Below are positions 10,176 to 19,368 of a DNA stretch of 64,000 bases, piece after piece. The position numbers and the translations under genes were made by a program. The stretch is taken from NCBI GenBank assembly GCA_041630155.1, contig JBFKLX010000001.1, forward strand, positions 747 through 64,746, written 5' to 3'. Numbering within the stretch: position 1 is the first letter of the stretch; every line of letters starts with the position of its first letter. The stretch comes from Acidobacteriota bacterium (lineage in GTDB: Bacteria; Acidobacteriota; UBA6911; RPQK01; JANQFM01). The notes beneath the pieces were generated by a model, which was given only the letters and a program-made list of their open reading frames with translations, was not told where the DNA came from and made no database searches.

Positions 10176-11891
10176 TCACCGGCGGATGATCTGCAAGCGA
10201 TCCACCGGCAAATCTGTCGAGACCTGCTCCGAGCCGTCCGGCCAGCGGATGTGGATTCGATCGACTCGGTCCGCCCGGCCCAGACCGAAGTGCAGCCGGA
10301 AATCGTTGTGTGACATGTAGCTGCCGCCGCTGCGGACTTCCCGGGTCTGGCGGTGCCCCCCGGCCTCCAGCTGGACCAGCGCGCCAATCGCGTCACGGTT
10401 CTTGTCCCCGCCCACCAGCTGCAGCTTGATCCAGTGATGGGAGCTGGACGAGTCGTTGCGCAGGAGGTCAGGGCTTTCGCCGCTGTTGACGACGAGCACG
10501 TCCACGTCACCGTCGTCGTCGTAATCTCCAAAGGCGGCGCCGCGACTGGATTTTAGCCGGGTCAGGTCAAGGCCCGTGGTGGCGCTCACGTCCTGGAACT
10601 TTCCGTTTCCCAGGTTGTGGAAGACCTGATTGGGCTGCCGATAGCTCGTTCCCGAGCGAAACCCGTCCACCTCGGGATAGACGTGCCCATTGGCGATGAA
10701 CAGGTCCAGCCATCCGTCGTTGTCCAAGTCTACGAAACCGGTTCCCCAGGCCAGGTATGCCCGTGAAGGAGTGGCCAGGCCGGCGGAGCTGCTGCTGTCG
10801 AAAAACGTCCTTTGGCCCGTGTTGTGGTAGAGCGTGTTGTAGTCCCGGGAAAAGTTGGTGACGAACAGATCAGCCAGCCCGTCGTTGTCCGGGTCGCCCG
10901 CATCCACGCCCATCCCGGCCTGGGCTCTGGCGTCCTCGCTCAGCCCGGTTCCGCTGCTGAGCGCGCTCTCCTGGAAAGTTCCGTCCCGATTGTTGAGGAA
11001 CATGAGGTTGGGCGTGGAGTCGTTGACGACGTAGATGTCCAGCCAACCGTCGCCGTCCAGATCGGAGAAGAGCGTTCCGAAGCCGTAATAGTCAGGCTCC
11101 CGCACACCCGCCGGCCCGGTGACGTCCGAGAATCGCCCGTCCCCTTCGTTGCGGAAGAGCACATCGGCCTGGCCCGGCAAGTCGCGCGGGCCGCAGAAGA
11201 CGTCGACCCCCAGGTACTTGCAGCGTTGGCTCTCGCCGGTCTTGGGAATCTTTGCAGCGTCGAACTGGACGTAATTGGCCACGTACAGGTCCAGGTCTCC
11301 GTCCCGGTCGTAATCCCCAAAAGCGCAGCCCGTTCCCCAGCGGCGATCACCGACCCCCGCCGCGCCAGTGACATCGGTGAAGGTGCCGTCGCCCTGATTG
11401 CGCAGCAGGAAGTTGGGGCCGAGTGCAGTGACGTACAGGTCGCGGAAACCGTCGCCGTCGAAGTCGGCCACGCAGACACCCATGCCCCAGCCCTTTTGCC
11501 GCAAGCCTGCCGCTGCGGTGACGTCTTCGAAGCGGCCTTCGCCGACGTTGCGATAGAGTGCCGCGATGGGGTCGCCACCCGTCTGCAGTCGTTCCAGGGT
11601 GGAGCCGTTGACGATCAACACGTCCAGCCGTCCGTCGTTGTCGTAGTCGAAGAAGGCCGCCCCGTTTCCCACCGAGTCCACGATGTACTCTCTGGCGGGG
11701 CTCCCGGAGACGTTCTCGAGCGTGACCCCTGCCTCCGCCGCAACGTCCACCAGCCGGATCACGCTGCCGGCGGGGGCGGCCAGTACTCCCAGCCCCAACA
11801 TCAACGGCACTGACCAGAGCGCCGTCAGGGACAGTCCCCCGGTGGTGCGGGATTCCAGGCTGGGAGCGAGCTTCCAAGGGAGTTGGTTCAC
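10176..11891 (-). CDS. CRTAC1/ASPIC-UnbV family protein (FG-GAP/VCBS repeats plus ASPIC/UnbV C-terminal domain)
   Basis: Repeated FxDxDxDGxxD calcium-binding-type motifs (FDYDNDGRLDVLIVN, ADFDGDGFRDLYV, GDYDRDGDLDLYVANY, ...). The C-terminus RWPDGSEQ...VDRLQIIRR is ASPIC/UnbV-like. The start is uncertain: the ORF-track N-terminus is Arg/Ala-rich junk overlapping the upstream TPR gene. I placed the start at the GTG at 11891, which gives signal peptide MNQLPWKLAPS...LSLTALWSVPLMLGLGVLAAPA and a GTGA start/stop overlap with the TPR gene. Confidence 0.7.
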   Translation of the reverse strand: MNQLPWKLAPSLESRTTGGLSLTALWSVPLMLGLGVLAAPAGSVIRLVDVAAEAGVTLENVSGSPAREYIVDSVGNGAAFFDYDNDGRLDVLIVNGSTLERLQTGGDPIAALYRNVGEGRFEDVTAAAGLRQKGWGMGVCVADFDGDGFRDLYVTALGPNFLLRNQGDGTFTDVTGAAGVGDRRWGTGCAFGDYDRDGDLDLYVANYVQFDAAKIPKTGESQRCKYLGVDVFCGPRDLPGQADVLFRNEGDGRFSDVTGPAGVREPDYYGFGTLFSDLDGDGWLDIYVVNDSTPNLMFLNNRDGTFQESALSSGTGLSEDARAQAGMGVDAGDPDNDGLADLFVTNFSRDYNTLYHNTGQRTFFDSSSSAGLATPSRAYLAWGTGFVDLDNDGWLDLFIANGHVYPEVDGFRSGTSYRQPNQVFHNLGNGKFQDVSATTGLDLTRLKSSRGAAFGDYDDDGDVDVLVVNSGESPDLLRNDSSSSHHWIKLQLVGGDKNRDAIGALVQLEAGGHRQTREVRSGGSYMSHNDFRLHFGLGRADRVDRIHIRWPDGSEQVSTDLPVDRLQIIRR

Positions 11892-13267
11892 GGGCGGGAG
11901 AGTGACTCCAGGTTGAGTTTGAAATCGGCGCGTTCCGGCGCTAGTCTCACGGCTGCTTCGTATTCCCGCAGCGCCTCCCCCCGCAGGTCGAGGGCAAGAT
12001 AGACGTTTCCCAGGAGGTTGCGCAACTCGGCGTCCCCGGGTCGCAGCGCCTTGGCGCGCTCGGCATGCTCTCGCGCCTGCGGAAGCTGCCGCCGCTGGTA
12101 CCAGTACTCGGCGAGCAAGGCGTGTGTGTCGAAGTCCTCCGGCCGCGTCCGCTGCATGAACTGCAGGTGGGAAAACGCGGCTCCCCACTGGCGCGTACCC
12201 AGATGAATCCGGGCCAGGTACTTGTGAGCCACCCAGTGTTGGGGATACTCCGAAAGCGCCTCTTCGAAGAGTTCCCGGGCTTGGTCGACTTGGCCCAGCT
12301 GCAGCTTTTCCAGCCCCTGGCTGACCTGGGCGTCGGCCCGCTTCCGTGCCGTCTCCCGGTCGTATTGGCGAACCTGGGTCTGTTGGAAACGGTCGAACAG
12401 TTCGCGGCTGCGCTCCAGGTTTCCGGCCCGCCGGTAGGCCCGCGCCAAGGCGCTGTAGACGAAGGGAGTCTCCTCCGCCACGATCTCCAGTGGCTCCAGG
12501 TATCGCAAAGCCTCCAGGGGCTCGTCCAGGTCCAGCGCCACCATCCCCAGCTGATACTGGTATTCGAGATTGTCGGGCCTGAGCTCCAGGGCCTTTTGCA
12601 GTTCCCCACGGGCTTCTTCCGGGCGTCCCTGCTTCCAGAGCGCGAGTCCCAGCCCGTAACGGGCGGGCGCCGAGGGTCCCGACCCGACCGCCTGCCGGTA
12701 GCTGGCTTCGGCCCCCGGGTAGTCGCCTTTCTTGAGAAGGATTTCACCGCGTCGTAGTGGAATGCGAGGATCGGAGGGCTGCCGGGTCTGATAGAGGTGG
12801 AGCGTTTCTAAAGACTGCTGCAGCCGATCCAGGCGCAGGTTGAGGTCGGCCAACAGCCAGAGCTGACTGGGGCTGAGCTGCCCGCATTTCTCCGGGTCGT
12901 CCAGGGGCGCCAGAGTGGTGTTGGCCGAGTCCTTCAACCCCAACCGTTGCAGTACCTCGGCATAGAGCAGGAGGTATTCGGGCCGCTCTGGCTCTCGTTC
13001 GAGCGCACCCCGCAACTCGGCCCCCGCCTGGCGCAGCTGGCCGGCCTCGAGCAAAGCCAGCCCGGAATAGAAATAGGGCAGGGGATCGGAGGGGGCTGCC
13101 TGTTTGGCTTTGTCGAAGAGGGCCAGCGCCTCCGAGAAGCGCTTCTGGCGAACCATCTCCTGGCCGAGCGACAGCGAGTCCTGCGTCTGAGCGGCAATGC
13201 CGCCGGGCAGTGCCAGGAGCAAACCCAGCAACCCTGGTGCGACTCCGCTGAGGCAGTGCATTCGCAT
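11888..13267 (-). CDS. secreted TPR-repeat protein
   Basis: 459 aa. Signal peptide MRMHCLSGVAPGLLGLLLALPGGIAAQ. TPR repeats run throughout (e.g. AEVLQRLGLKD, GDYPGAEASYRQAV). Confidence 0.75.
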   Translation of the reverse strand: MRMHCLSGVAPGLLGLLLALPGGIAAQTQDSLSLGQEMVRQKRFSEALALFDKAKQAAPSDPLPYFYSGLALLEAGQLRQAGAELRGALEREPERPEYLLLYAEVLQRLGLKDSANTTLAPLDDPEKCGQLSPSQLWLLADLNLRLDRLQQSLETLHLYQTRQPSDPRIPLRRGEILLKKGDYPGAEASYRQAVGSGPSAPARYGLGLALWKQGRPEEARGELQKALELRPDNLEYQYQLGMVALDLDEPLEALRYLEPLEIVAEETPFVYSALARAYRRAGNLERSRELFDRFQQTQVRQYDRETARKRADAQVSQGLEKLQLGQVDQARELFEEALSEYPQHWVAHKYLARIHLGTRQWGAAFSHLQFMQRTRPEDFDTHALLAEYWYQRRQLPQAREHAERAKALRPGDAELRNLLGNVYLALDLRGEALREYEAAVRLAPERADFKLNLESLSRP

Positions 13268-13288
13268 CGATTCTCCGGGAAAAGTATA

Positions 13289-15892
13289 TCAGCGCGGCCC
13301 TGGGAGAAGGCCTTTGCTCAGGAAGATCAGGAAGAAATTGGGGTTTTCGGGTTCCCAGCGGACACCGGGCCGGAGCAGGTCCAGGGTGCGGCGCAGTTTC
13401 ACCAGCGCGCTCTCGTCCAGCGCCGATTGGAATCGCTCCGGAAGGTCGCGCTGAAGGGCCCCCAGCAGGCCTTCACCGCTGGACTGCCTCCGGGCGAGGC
13501 CGATCAACCACTGGTCGAACTCACGGCGCACTTCGGGATCGGACAGCCGGGACGAGCCCAGCAATCGGGCATGGCCGGCCAGCATCGCCAAGCTCGAGTG
13601 GGGATCCGTGTGGGCGCCGGCCAGCTCCAGGAGCGCTTCCTGCGGGTCGAGCCTCTCGAACTTCCAGCCGCTGCGCCGAGCTTCCCGGGCCAGCGAAATG
13701 GCGTCGGGGGGCAGCGTGATGTCCTGCAGTCCGAATCCGACGTAGGGGTCCGCCCAGCGGCCCTCCGAGCGGGTCTCGCCGTAGGTCAGCAGCGCCGTGT
13801 TGTTGGGGACGGGCGAAGGGTTCATGTAGTCCACCACCAGCGCACCTCCTCGGGACAGGGATTGGTACACGGTGGACAGGTATTCGTTCTTGACCAGTTC
13901 CAGATAGGCTTCCGACTCCGTCTCCCCGCGGTGAACGAGGCCCCCCAGCAGGTCTGCCTGCCGGCCTGCGACCAGCTGGTGCAATTCGGGGATCAGTTCG
14001 ACCGGGATCAGCCCTTCCAGAAACTTGGGAAGCCAGGGCACCAGCTTTTGCAACTGCTCGGGGCGCGTGGAGGGGCCAGCCGGCAGCAGGCTTTTCTCCT
14101 TGGCCCGCAGCCACTCCTGAACCTGCTCGAAACGTGGATTGGTGAGGTAGATTCGAGAATCCCGCTGCGGCAGCCGGTACTGGTCGGAAAACTCTCTCGA
14201 TTCTCTCCGGAACGCTCTGTACTGGCCGCCCCAGACCTCTCGAAGCCGTCGCTCCCGGTCTTTCCCTGCGGCAAAGTACGGGATGGGGCAAACCAGAAAC
14301 AGCCGCCCTGAGTCTTCCACGTAAAACTTCTGGACCGGCAGGACATCGATCAGCTCGTTGGAGACCGTCAATCCGGCGGTGGGTTCCGTCAGAAAGCGGG
14401 TGGCGTCGGCCTGGGTGATTCGAAAGCGCCCAGGCTGCAGGATTCCCAGTCCTTCCCAGTGTCCGATTTCCCGCCGCTGCTCCTCGACACGAACCGGGGA
14501 GATTTCCACCGCTTCGAAGCGCAACCGATTCCATAGCTCTGCGTGTGGGGAATCGGGCTGCAGCAAGGCGCGCGTCTGCAGGTACAGGAGAGCGCCGCGG
14601 GCCAGCTCTCCGCGCCCGCCCCCGTCTTCGCGAATCACGAATGAATTCGGGCTCCCCAGCCGCTGAAAGGTACGGACCGCGAGCTCGCCTATCAACCCTC
14701 CGAACACGGGGAAGGCTTTCTGGGGGATGGTCTCGAAATGGCCGGTGCGCCCGATCAACGCGTGCTCGGTCGTGTAGTAGCCGAAGGAGCCGTAGAGGGC
14801 GTCGCGCTGGAAGGCGGCGAAGCTCTGCAAAGGATGGCCGAGCTCTCCGCGACTGCGCCAGTCGAAGCCCGCGGGGTCGAAGCCGCCCTCCAGCTCGACC
14901 CGCTCCACTCCCGGCAGGTAAGCTGGACGCGGGGAGAGGGGAAGAGACAGACCGGCCCGGCTGGCAAGAGACGTGACGATTCCGGGAAGATTCTCCCGTT
15001 CCCGGGGCCTGAGCGCTGTTGAGCGGAAGGGTGACTGCCCGCGGGCCAGCCGCGAGACGGCCGAAAGGACCGCACTCACCCACTCCGAACTGACATTTTC
15101 CAGGGGGCTGGCCGGCTGCGAGCCGCTCCGCAGCAGGTCCAGCAACACCGCTACGTAAAAGGGACGGGGAATTCGGTCTGCCCGGATCGGTTCCGGTGCC
15201 GCCGAAGGGTCGGAGCTCAGGAAGGAGAGCAGGAACCGCTCCAGAGACGAGAAGCCCGTCCCTCCGTCCAGCTGGTTGATCGACAGCTCCCCGCCGCTCA
15301 GGCGGAAAATCCAGCGCCGCTCCAGCGCCTCCAGAAATGCACGGGCGGCGGGCGCGGGCTCCAAAGCAGTGTCCGACCACTGCTGGTCTCCCAGACAGGC
15401 CCGGGCATCCAGGCGCTCCAGATAGAGCTGGGCGATGTCTGGTTGCTCTCTCCAGGCGGCTTCGCACTGCCGGGCGACCACCGCGCCTGGACGAAAGTCC
15501 CAAAGCGCATCGTTCCCCGGTGGCGGCTCCAGATGGAGGAAGCTGACCCGGGGACCGCAGCCCGGTTCCTGCGGGCAAGTCGAGCAGGTGACGCGGACCC
15601 GAAGATGGCTTGAGAAAGGGGGCTCCGGTCCGGCGGGCGGGAAGCCCAAGGCCGCCTCTCTGGACGAGCCCGCCGCGACGAGGAGCTGCTCTGCGGCAGA
15701 CGGAAACGCCTCATCGGTGATCTCGAAACGGTGAGTTTCCTGGCACAGGTTGGTCAAGCGCAGGGTGTACGAAGGGGCTACCGGTGCCTGTTGAGAGGGG
15801 CCGGGCGGCAAACGCATCTCCGCGCCCCACCCGAGGCCGGAGCACTCGATGAGCACCAGCGATACCAGAAGCACCCGCACTCGAAATCTCAT
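13289..15892 (-). CDS. large secreted protein with an internal MidA/DUF185-like (SAM-dependent methyltransferase fold) domain
   Basis: 867 aa with N-terminal signal-like MRFRVRVLLVSLVLIECSGLGWGAE. The central region ALYGSFGYYTTEHALIGRTGHFETIPQKAFPVFGGLIGELAV...IREDGGGRGELARGALLYL parallels the MidA/NDUFAF7 pattern ALY..GYY...IG..GDF.T.PE..FGEL...E.G.G.G, but with substitutions (GDF to GHF, TAPE to TIPQ). The alternate 685-aa frame in the ORF track is Arg/Pro-rich junk. Confidence 0.6.
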   Translation of the reverse strand: MRFRVRVLLVSLVLIECSGLGWGAEMRLPPGPSQQAPVAPSYTLRLTNLCQETHRFEITDEAFPSAAEQLLVAAGSSREAALGFPPAGPEPPFSSHLRVRVTCSTCPQEPGCGPRVSFLHLEPPPGNDALWDFRPGAVVARQCEAAWREQPDIAQLYLERLDARACLGDQQWSDTALEPAPAARAFLEALERRWIFRLSGGELSINQLDGGTGFSSLERFLLSFLSSDPSAAPEPIRADRIPRPFYVAVLLDLLRSGSQPASPLENVSSEWVSAVLSAVSRLARGQSPFRSTALRPRERENLPGIVTSLASRAGLSLPLSPRPAYLPGVERVELEGGFDPAGFDWRSRGELGHPLQSFAAFQRDALYGSFGYYTTEHALIGRTGHFETIPQKAFPVFGGLIGELAVRTFQRLGSPNSFVIREDGGGRGELARGALLYLQTRALLQPDSPHAELWNRLRFEAVEISPVRVEEQRREIGHWEGLGILQPGRFRITQADATRFLTEPTAGLTVSNELIDVLPVQKFYVEDSGRLFLVCPIPYFAAGKDRERRLREVWGGQYRAFRRESREFSDQYRLPQRDSRIYLTNPRFEQVQEWLRAKEKSLLPAGPSTRPEQLQKLVPWLPKFLEGLIPVELIPELHQLVAGRQADLLGGLVHRGETESEAYLELVKNEYLSTVYQSLSRGGALVVDYMNPSPVPNNTALLTYGETRSEGRWADPYVGFGLQDITLPPDAISLAREARRSGWKFERLDPQEALLELAGAHTDPHSSLAMLAGHARLLGSSRLSDPEVRREFDQWLIGLARRQSSGEGLLGALQRDLPERFQSALDESALVKLRRTLDLLRPGVRWEPENPNFFLIFLSKGLLPGPR

Positions 15893-16049
15893 TCCAGACC
15901 CAGCCTAGCGCGCCCGAGCCGTTCGGCTCAATCGGGGATTGTTGCCTGTCGATCAATCGTCCGGCAAAATGCAGTCGGAGCGCTCGAGGTCACTCTGGCC
16001 GGCGGCCTGCGCCCTATGCGATGGCACACCGCCGTTTTCCACGAGGACA

Positions 16050-16996
16050 TGATGTTACCCGTGCATACAGCATCGAGACCAGCCGCGGCCAACACCGCCC
16101 AATCCAGCCTGGTTCCCTGGATCGTCCTTGCAGCCCTCCTGGTCCTGAGTGCTGTGCCCGTACGCGCCCAGACGGAGGTGGCCACCGCCGCCGACATCCT
16201 GGCCGTCCCCCCGCCGCCGGCCGACTTTCGGATCGCCTATGGGGACGACCCCCTGCAGTTTGGAGACCTGCGCTTGCCGGCGGGGCCGGGCCCCCACCCC
16301 GTGGCCATCGTGATTCACGGCGGTTGCTGGCTGTCGCGCTATGACATCGGACACATCGGCCCGCTGGCGGCCGCACTGACCCGCGACGGCATCGCTACCT
16401 GGAGCCTGGAATACCGGAGAGTCGGGGACCCCGGCGGGGGCTGGCCGGCCACCTTCCAGGACGCCGCCCGGGGAGCGGACTACTTGAGCGTTCTGGCTCG
16501 CCAATACCCAGTGGACCTGGACCGCGTGATTGCCGTCGGCCACTCGGCGGGCGGACAGCTGGCCCTCTGGTTGGCGGGCCGCTCCAAACTGCCCCAGAAC
16601 AGCCCCCTTCACACCTCGGGAGAGCCGATCCGGTTGCGGGGCATTCTGGGCCTGGCCGTGGCGGCCGACCTGGGAATGGTCGAGCGGTCGGGCGCCTGTG
16701 ACCGCGTGATCGACAAGCTGATGGGCGGCTCTCCCAGCGAGTTTCCGGAACGCTATCGCCAGTCTTCACCCAGCGAAATGGTCCCCTTGGGAATTCGGCA
16801 GATCCTGATCAACGGCGCTCACGATTCGAACTGGGGGCCGGTGGGTCTGGCCTACTTCGAGGAGGCAAGGCGAGCGGGGGATCCGGTGGAGTTGATCGTG
16901 GCCCCGGAGTCGGGCCACTTCGAAGTCATCATGCCCCCCTCTTCCACCTGGCCGCTGGTGAGCCGGGCCGCCCGGCGGTTGCTGAGTGAAGAGTGA
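16050..16996 (+). CDS. alpha/beta-hydrolase fold esterase/lipase (secreted)
   Basis: The HGGCW oxyanion motif and the GHSAGG nucleophile elbow are present. Signal peptide LVPWIVLAALLVLSAVPVRAQ. The start is chosen at MMLPVH; the ORF-track start at 15731 overlaps the divergent gene. Confidence 0.75.
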
Positions 16997-17146
16997 GGCC
17001 GACAGCCTCAGAGGCGCACGGGCGCAGCGGAATCCCTCGACAGCGGTCTCTTGAATCCCTCCGCACTGAGTCCGACCATTGAGTGACTCGCTCGATGTCG
17101 GATTTGTTCGAAACTCTGAGGTTTTGGGATTCCCCCGGCCGAGGGT

Positions 17147-17467
17147 TCAGACCCATTCCACCTTCAGGCCCTGAAATCCGCTGTAATCTCGATCGGAAGT
17201 CACCCAGTCAGAACCGGACTCGATGGCGAGAGCCGCGAGAAAGGAGCCCGGAATCAGATTTCCTTTCGCGTCCGATTCCAGGCAGAGCTGTGTGAGGATT
17301 CGCCAATGCCTCGTTCCCGGACTCAAAACGACGGCGTTGGGCTGCGACCTGAGAGCGTTGGCAAACTCCATCAGGAGAGCGTCTGGCAGGGGCGTAGGAG
17401 GGTCGAACACGCGCGGATGCGTGACCAACGGCAAAGGCCGAGAGGCACGGGGGATCTTGCGTTGCAC
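17147..17467 (-). pseudogene. PIN-domain VapC-family toxin remnant (C-terminal ~75 aa conserved, N-terminal catalytic region missing or degenerate)
   Basis: The C-terminus HWRILTQL...GNLIPGSFLAALAIESGSDWVTSDRDYSGFQGLKVEWV matches the VapC/PIN pattern ...HW.iL..L....GNL..DAhLAALAIEHG..L.S.D.DFARF.GLRW. The upstream in-frame 55 codons (up to the stop at about 17632) overlap the 3' end of the CRTAC1 gene and lack the N-terminal DxN motif. No antitoxin ORF is adjacent. Confidence 0.45.
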
Positions 17468-17495
17468 TCCGTGGGGGTTTCCGATGGCCGCGAGC

Positions 17496-19247
17496 TCAGT
17501 TTTGAGCTTGGGAATCTTCTGAAGTGAGGCCTTCGAAGCCTTCGGTTTCGTCGATGACGAGGCTGCGATTGGGATCCACGCCGGTGAAGGTCTGAACTCT
17601 GCCGCTGGGCCAGGTGACGGTGAGGGTGTCTATCTTCTCGGCGGTGCCCAGCCCGAAGTGCAGCACCGGTTGGCTGTTGCCCAGGAAGCTGGAGCCGGCG
17701 TGCAGTTCCTGGAGCTGACGGCGGCCGCCGGTTGTGACTTCGACGCGTGCGCCGATCCCGTCCCGGTTGGACTGCCGTCCGCGCAGCCGGATCTGGAGGT
17801 GGTTGGGGCGCGGCTCCAGCTCGTTGCGTAGCAGGTCGGCCCGTTCGTCCATATTGGACAGCGCCAGGTCCAGGTCTCCGTCCGCATCGTAGTCCAGAAG
17901 CACGGCCCCCCTGGTCGACTTGACCAGCGCCATGCCGGGTCCTAGCTGTGACCCCACCTCCTCGAACTCGCCATTGCCCAGGTTGCGAAACAGCTGGTTC
18001 GGCTGCCGGTAAGTGCTGCCGAGTCCGTGCTTCTCGACCTCCGGGTAGATGTGTCCGTTGGCGGCGAAGATGTCCAGGCGTCCGTCGTTGTCGAAATCCG
18101 CGAAGAGCGTCCCGAATCCGAGGAAGCGGAAAGTGATCTGTGCCAGCCGTGCTCGGAAGGTGATGTCTTGCAGGTAAGCGCCGCCGCTGCTCCGGTACAG
18201 GACGTTGTAGTCGTCCGAGAAATTGGTGGAGTAAATGTCCAGCTGGCCGTCCCCGTCGACGTCGGCGATATCCACGCCCATGTTGGCCTGCGCGCGGCCC
18301 TCCTGGTTGTAGGCCACGCCGCTCAACAGCGCCACGTCGGTAAAGGTCCCGTCGCCGTTGTTCTGCCAGAGGAGATTGGGGGTGCTGTCGTTGGCCACGA
18401 ACACGTCCAGATCGCCGTCCAGGTCGAAGTCGGTCCAGACCGGCTGAAAACCGTAGAGCTTGCCTCCTGCTCGAATGCCCGCGGGCTCGGAGACATCCGT
18501 GAAACGCCCGTCGCCCTCGTTCCGAAACAGATTGTCGTAGGCGCCCGGCAGCCCTCGCGGTCCGCAGGCTACCGTCACCCCCCGGTAGGAGCAGAAGCGG
18601 GGATCTCCACCTGGATTCTCGAAGTCGAATTCCACGTAGTTGGCGACGTAGAGGTCCAGGTCGCCATCCCGGTCATAGTCCCCAAACGCCGCCCCTGTGC
18701 TCCAACCCGGAAGGTTGACGCCGGCCTGGGCCGCGACCTCCTCGAAGCTGCCGTCCCCGCGGTTTCGAAAGAGCTGATTGAGGCCGTAGTTGGTGACGTA
18801 CAGATCGGTGTCGCCGTCCTCGTCAAAGTCGGCCGCCACGCATCCCATTCCCCAGTGCAGTCCGGCCAGCCCGGCCTGTGCGGCGACCTCCTGGAAATGC
18901 CCGTCCCCGTAGTTGCGGTAGAGGTAGTCGCTGCGGTCGTCCGGTCCTCCCCCGGGACGCGAGAGCCCGTTGACGAAGTAGAGGTCGGGGCGGCCGTCCT
19001 GGTCGTAGTCGAGGACGCAGATGCCGCCCCCCATGGTCTCGATCAGGAACTTTTTTTCCGCGGTCCCCGACACGATTCTCGCCGTGACTCCCGCCGTTTC
19101 GGAGACGTCGGCGAATCGCCAGGCCTTCGGCGGCTGGCTGGGCAGAACCAGAAAGCCGATGGAACACATGCCGGCCAGGACCGGCCACAGCCCCTTGTGC
19201 ATCTGGAGAAGGTAACGTTTCACGCCCGGCTTTTTCAACTCAGACAT
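17496..19247 (-). CDS. CRTAC1/ASPIC-UnbV family protein (FG-GAP/VCBS repeats)
   Basis: The start MSELKKPGVKRYLLQMHKGLWPVLAGMCSIGFLVLP gives a signal/TM anchor. Repeats include DYDQDGRPDLYFVN, ADFDEDGDTDLYVTNY and GDYDRDGDLDLYVANY. The C-terminus VTWPSGRVQTFTGVDPNRSLVIDE is ASPIC/UnbV-like. Confidence 0.8.
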   Translation of the reverse strand: MSELKKPGVKRYLLQMHKGLWPVLAGMCSIGFLVLPSQPPKAWRFADVSETAGVTARIVSGTAEKKFLIETMGGGICVLDYDQDGRPDLYFVNGLSRPGGGPDDRSDYLYRNYGDGHFQEVAAQAGLAGLHWGMGCVAADFDEDGDTDLYVTNYGLNQLFRNRGDGSFEEVAAQAGVNLPGWSTGAAFGDYDRDGDLDLYVANYVEFDFENPGGDPRFCSYRGVTVACGPRGLPGAYDNLFRNEGDGRFTDVSEPAGIRAGGKLYGFQPVWTDFDLDGDLDVFVANDSTPNLLWQNNGDGTFTDVALLSGVAYNQEGRAQANMGVDIADVDGDGQLDIYSTNFSDDYNVLYRSSGGAYLQDITFRARLAQITFRFLGFGTLFADFDNDGRLDIFAANGHIYPEVEKHGLGSTYRQPNQLFRNLGNGEFEEVGSQLGPGMALVKSTRGAVLLDYDADGDLDLALSNMDERADLLRNELEPRPNHLQIRLRGRQSNRDGIGARVEVTTGGRRQLQELHAGSSFLGNSQPVLHFGLGTAEKIDTLTVTWPSGRVQTFTGVDPNRSLVIDETEGFEGLTSEDSQAQN

Positions 19248-19368
19248 GGCACGACACCTTCGATCCGAACACGGTCGCGAGTCGCGGTCAGAGCTCGCCC
19301 CGGGTTGAAGTGAAACCTGTGAGCCGATAAGATTCCCCAGTCGAGATGCATTGCAGGGAGTGCTGAAA

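Noticed and set aside
13521-15578. 685-aa alternate-frame ORF within the MidA-like gene
   Set aside because: It is an Arg/Pro/Gly-rich nonsense translation. The overlapping 867-aa frame has protein-like composition and family motifs.
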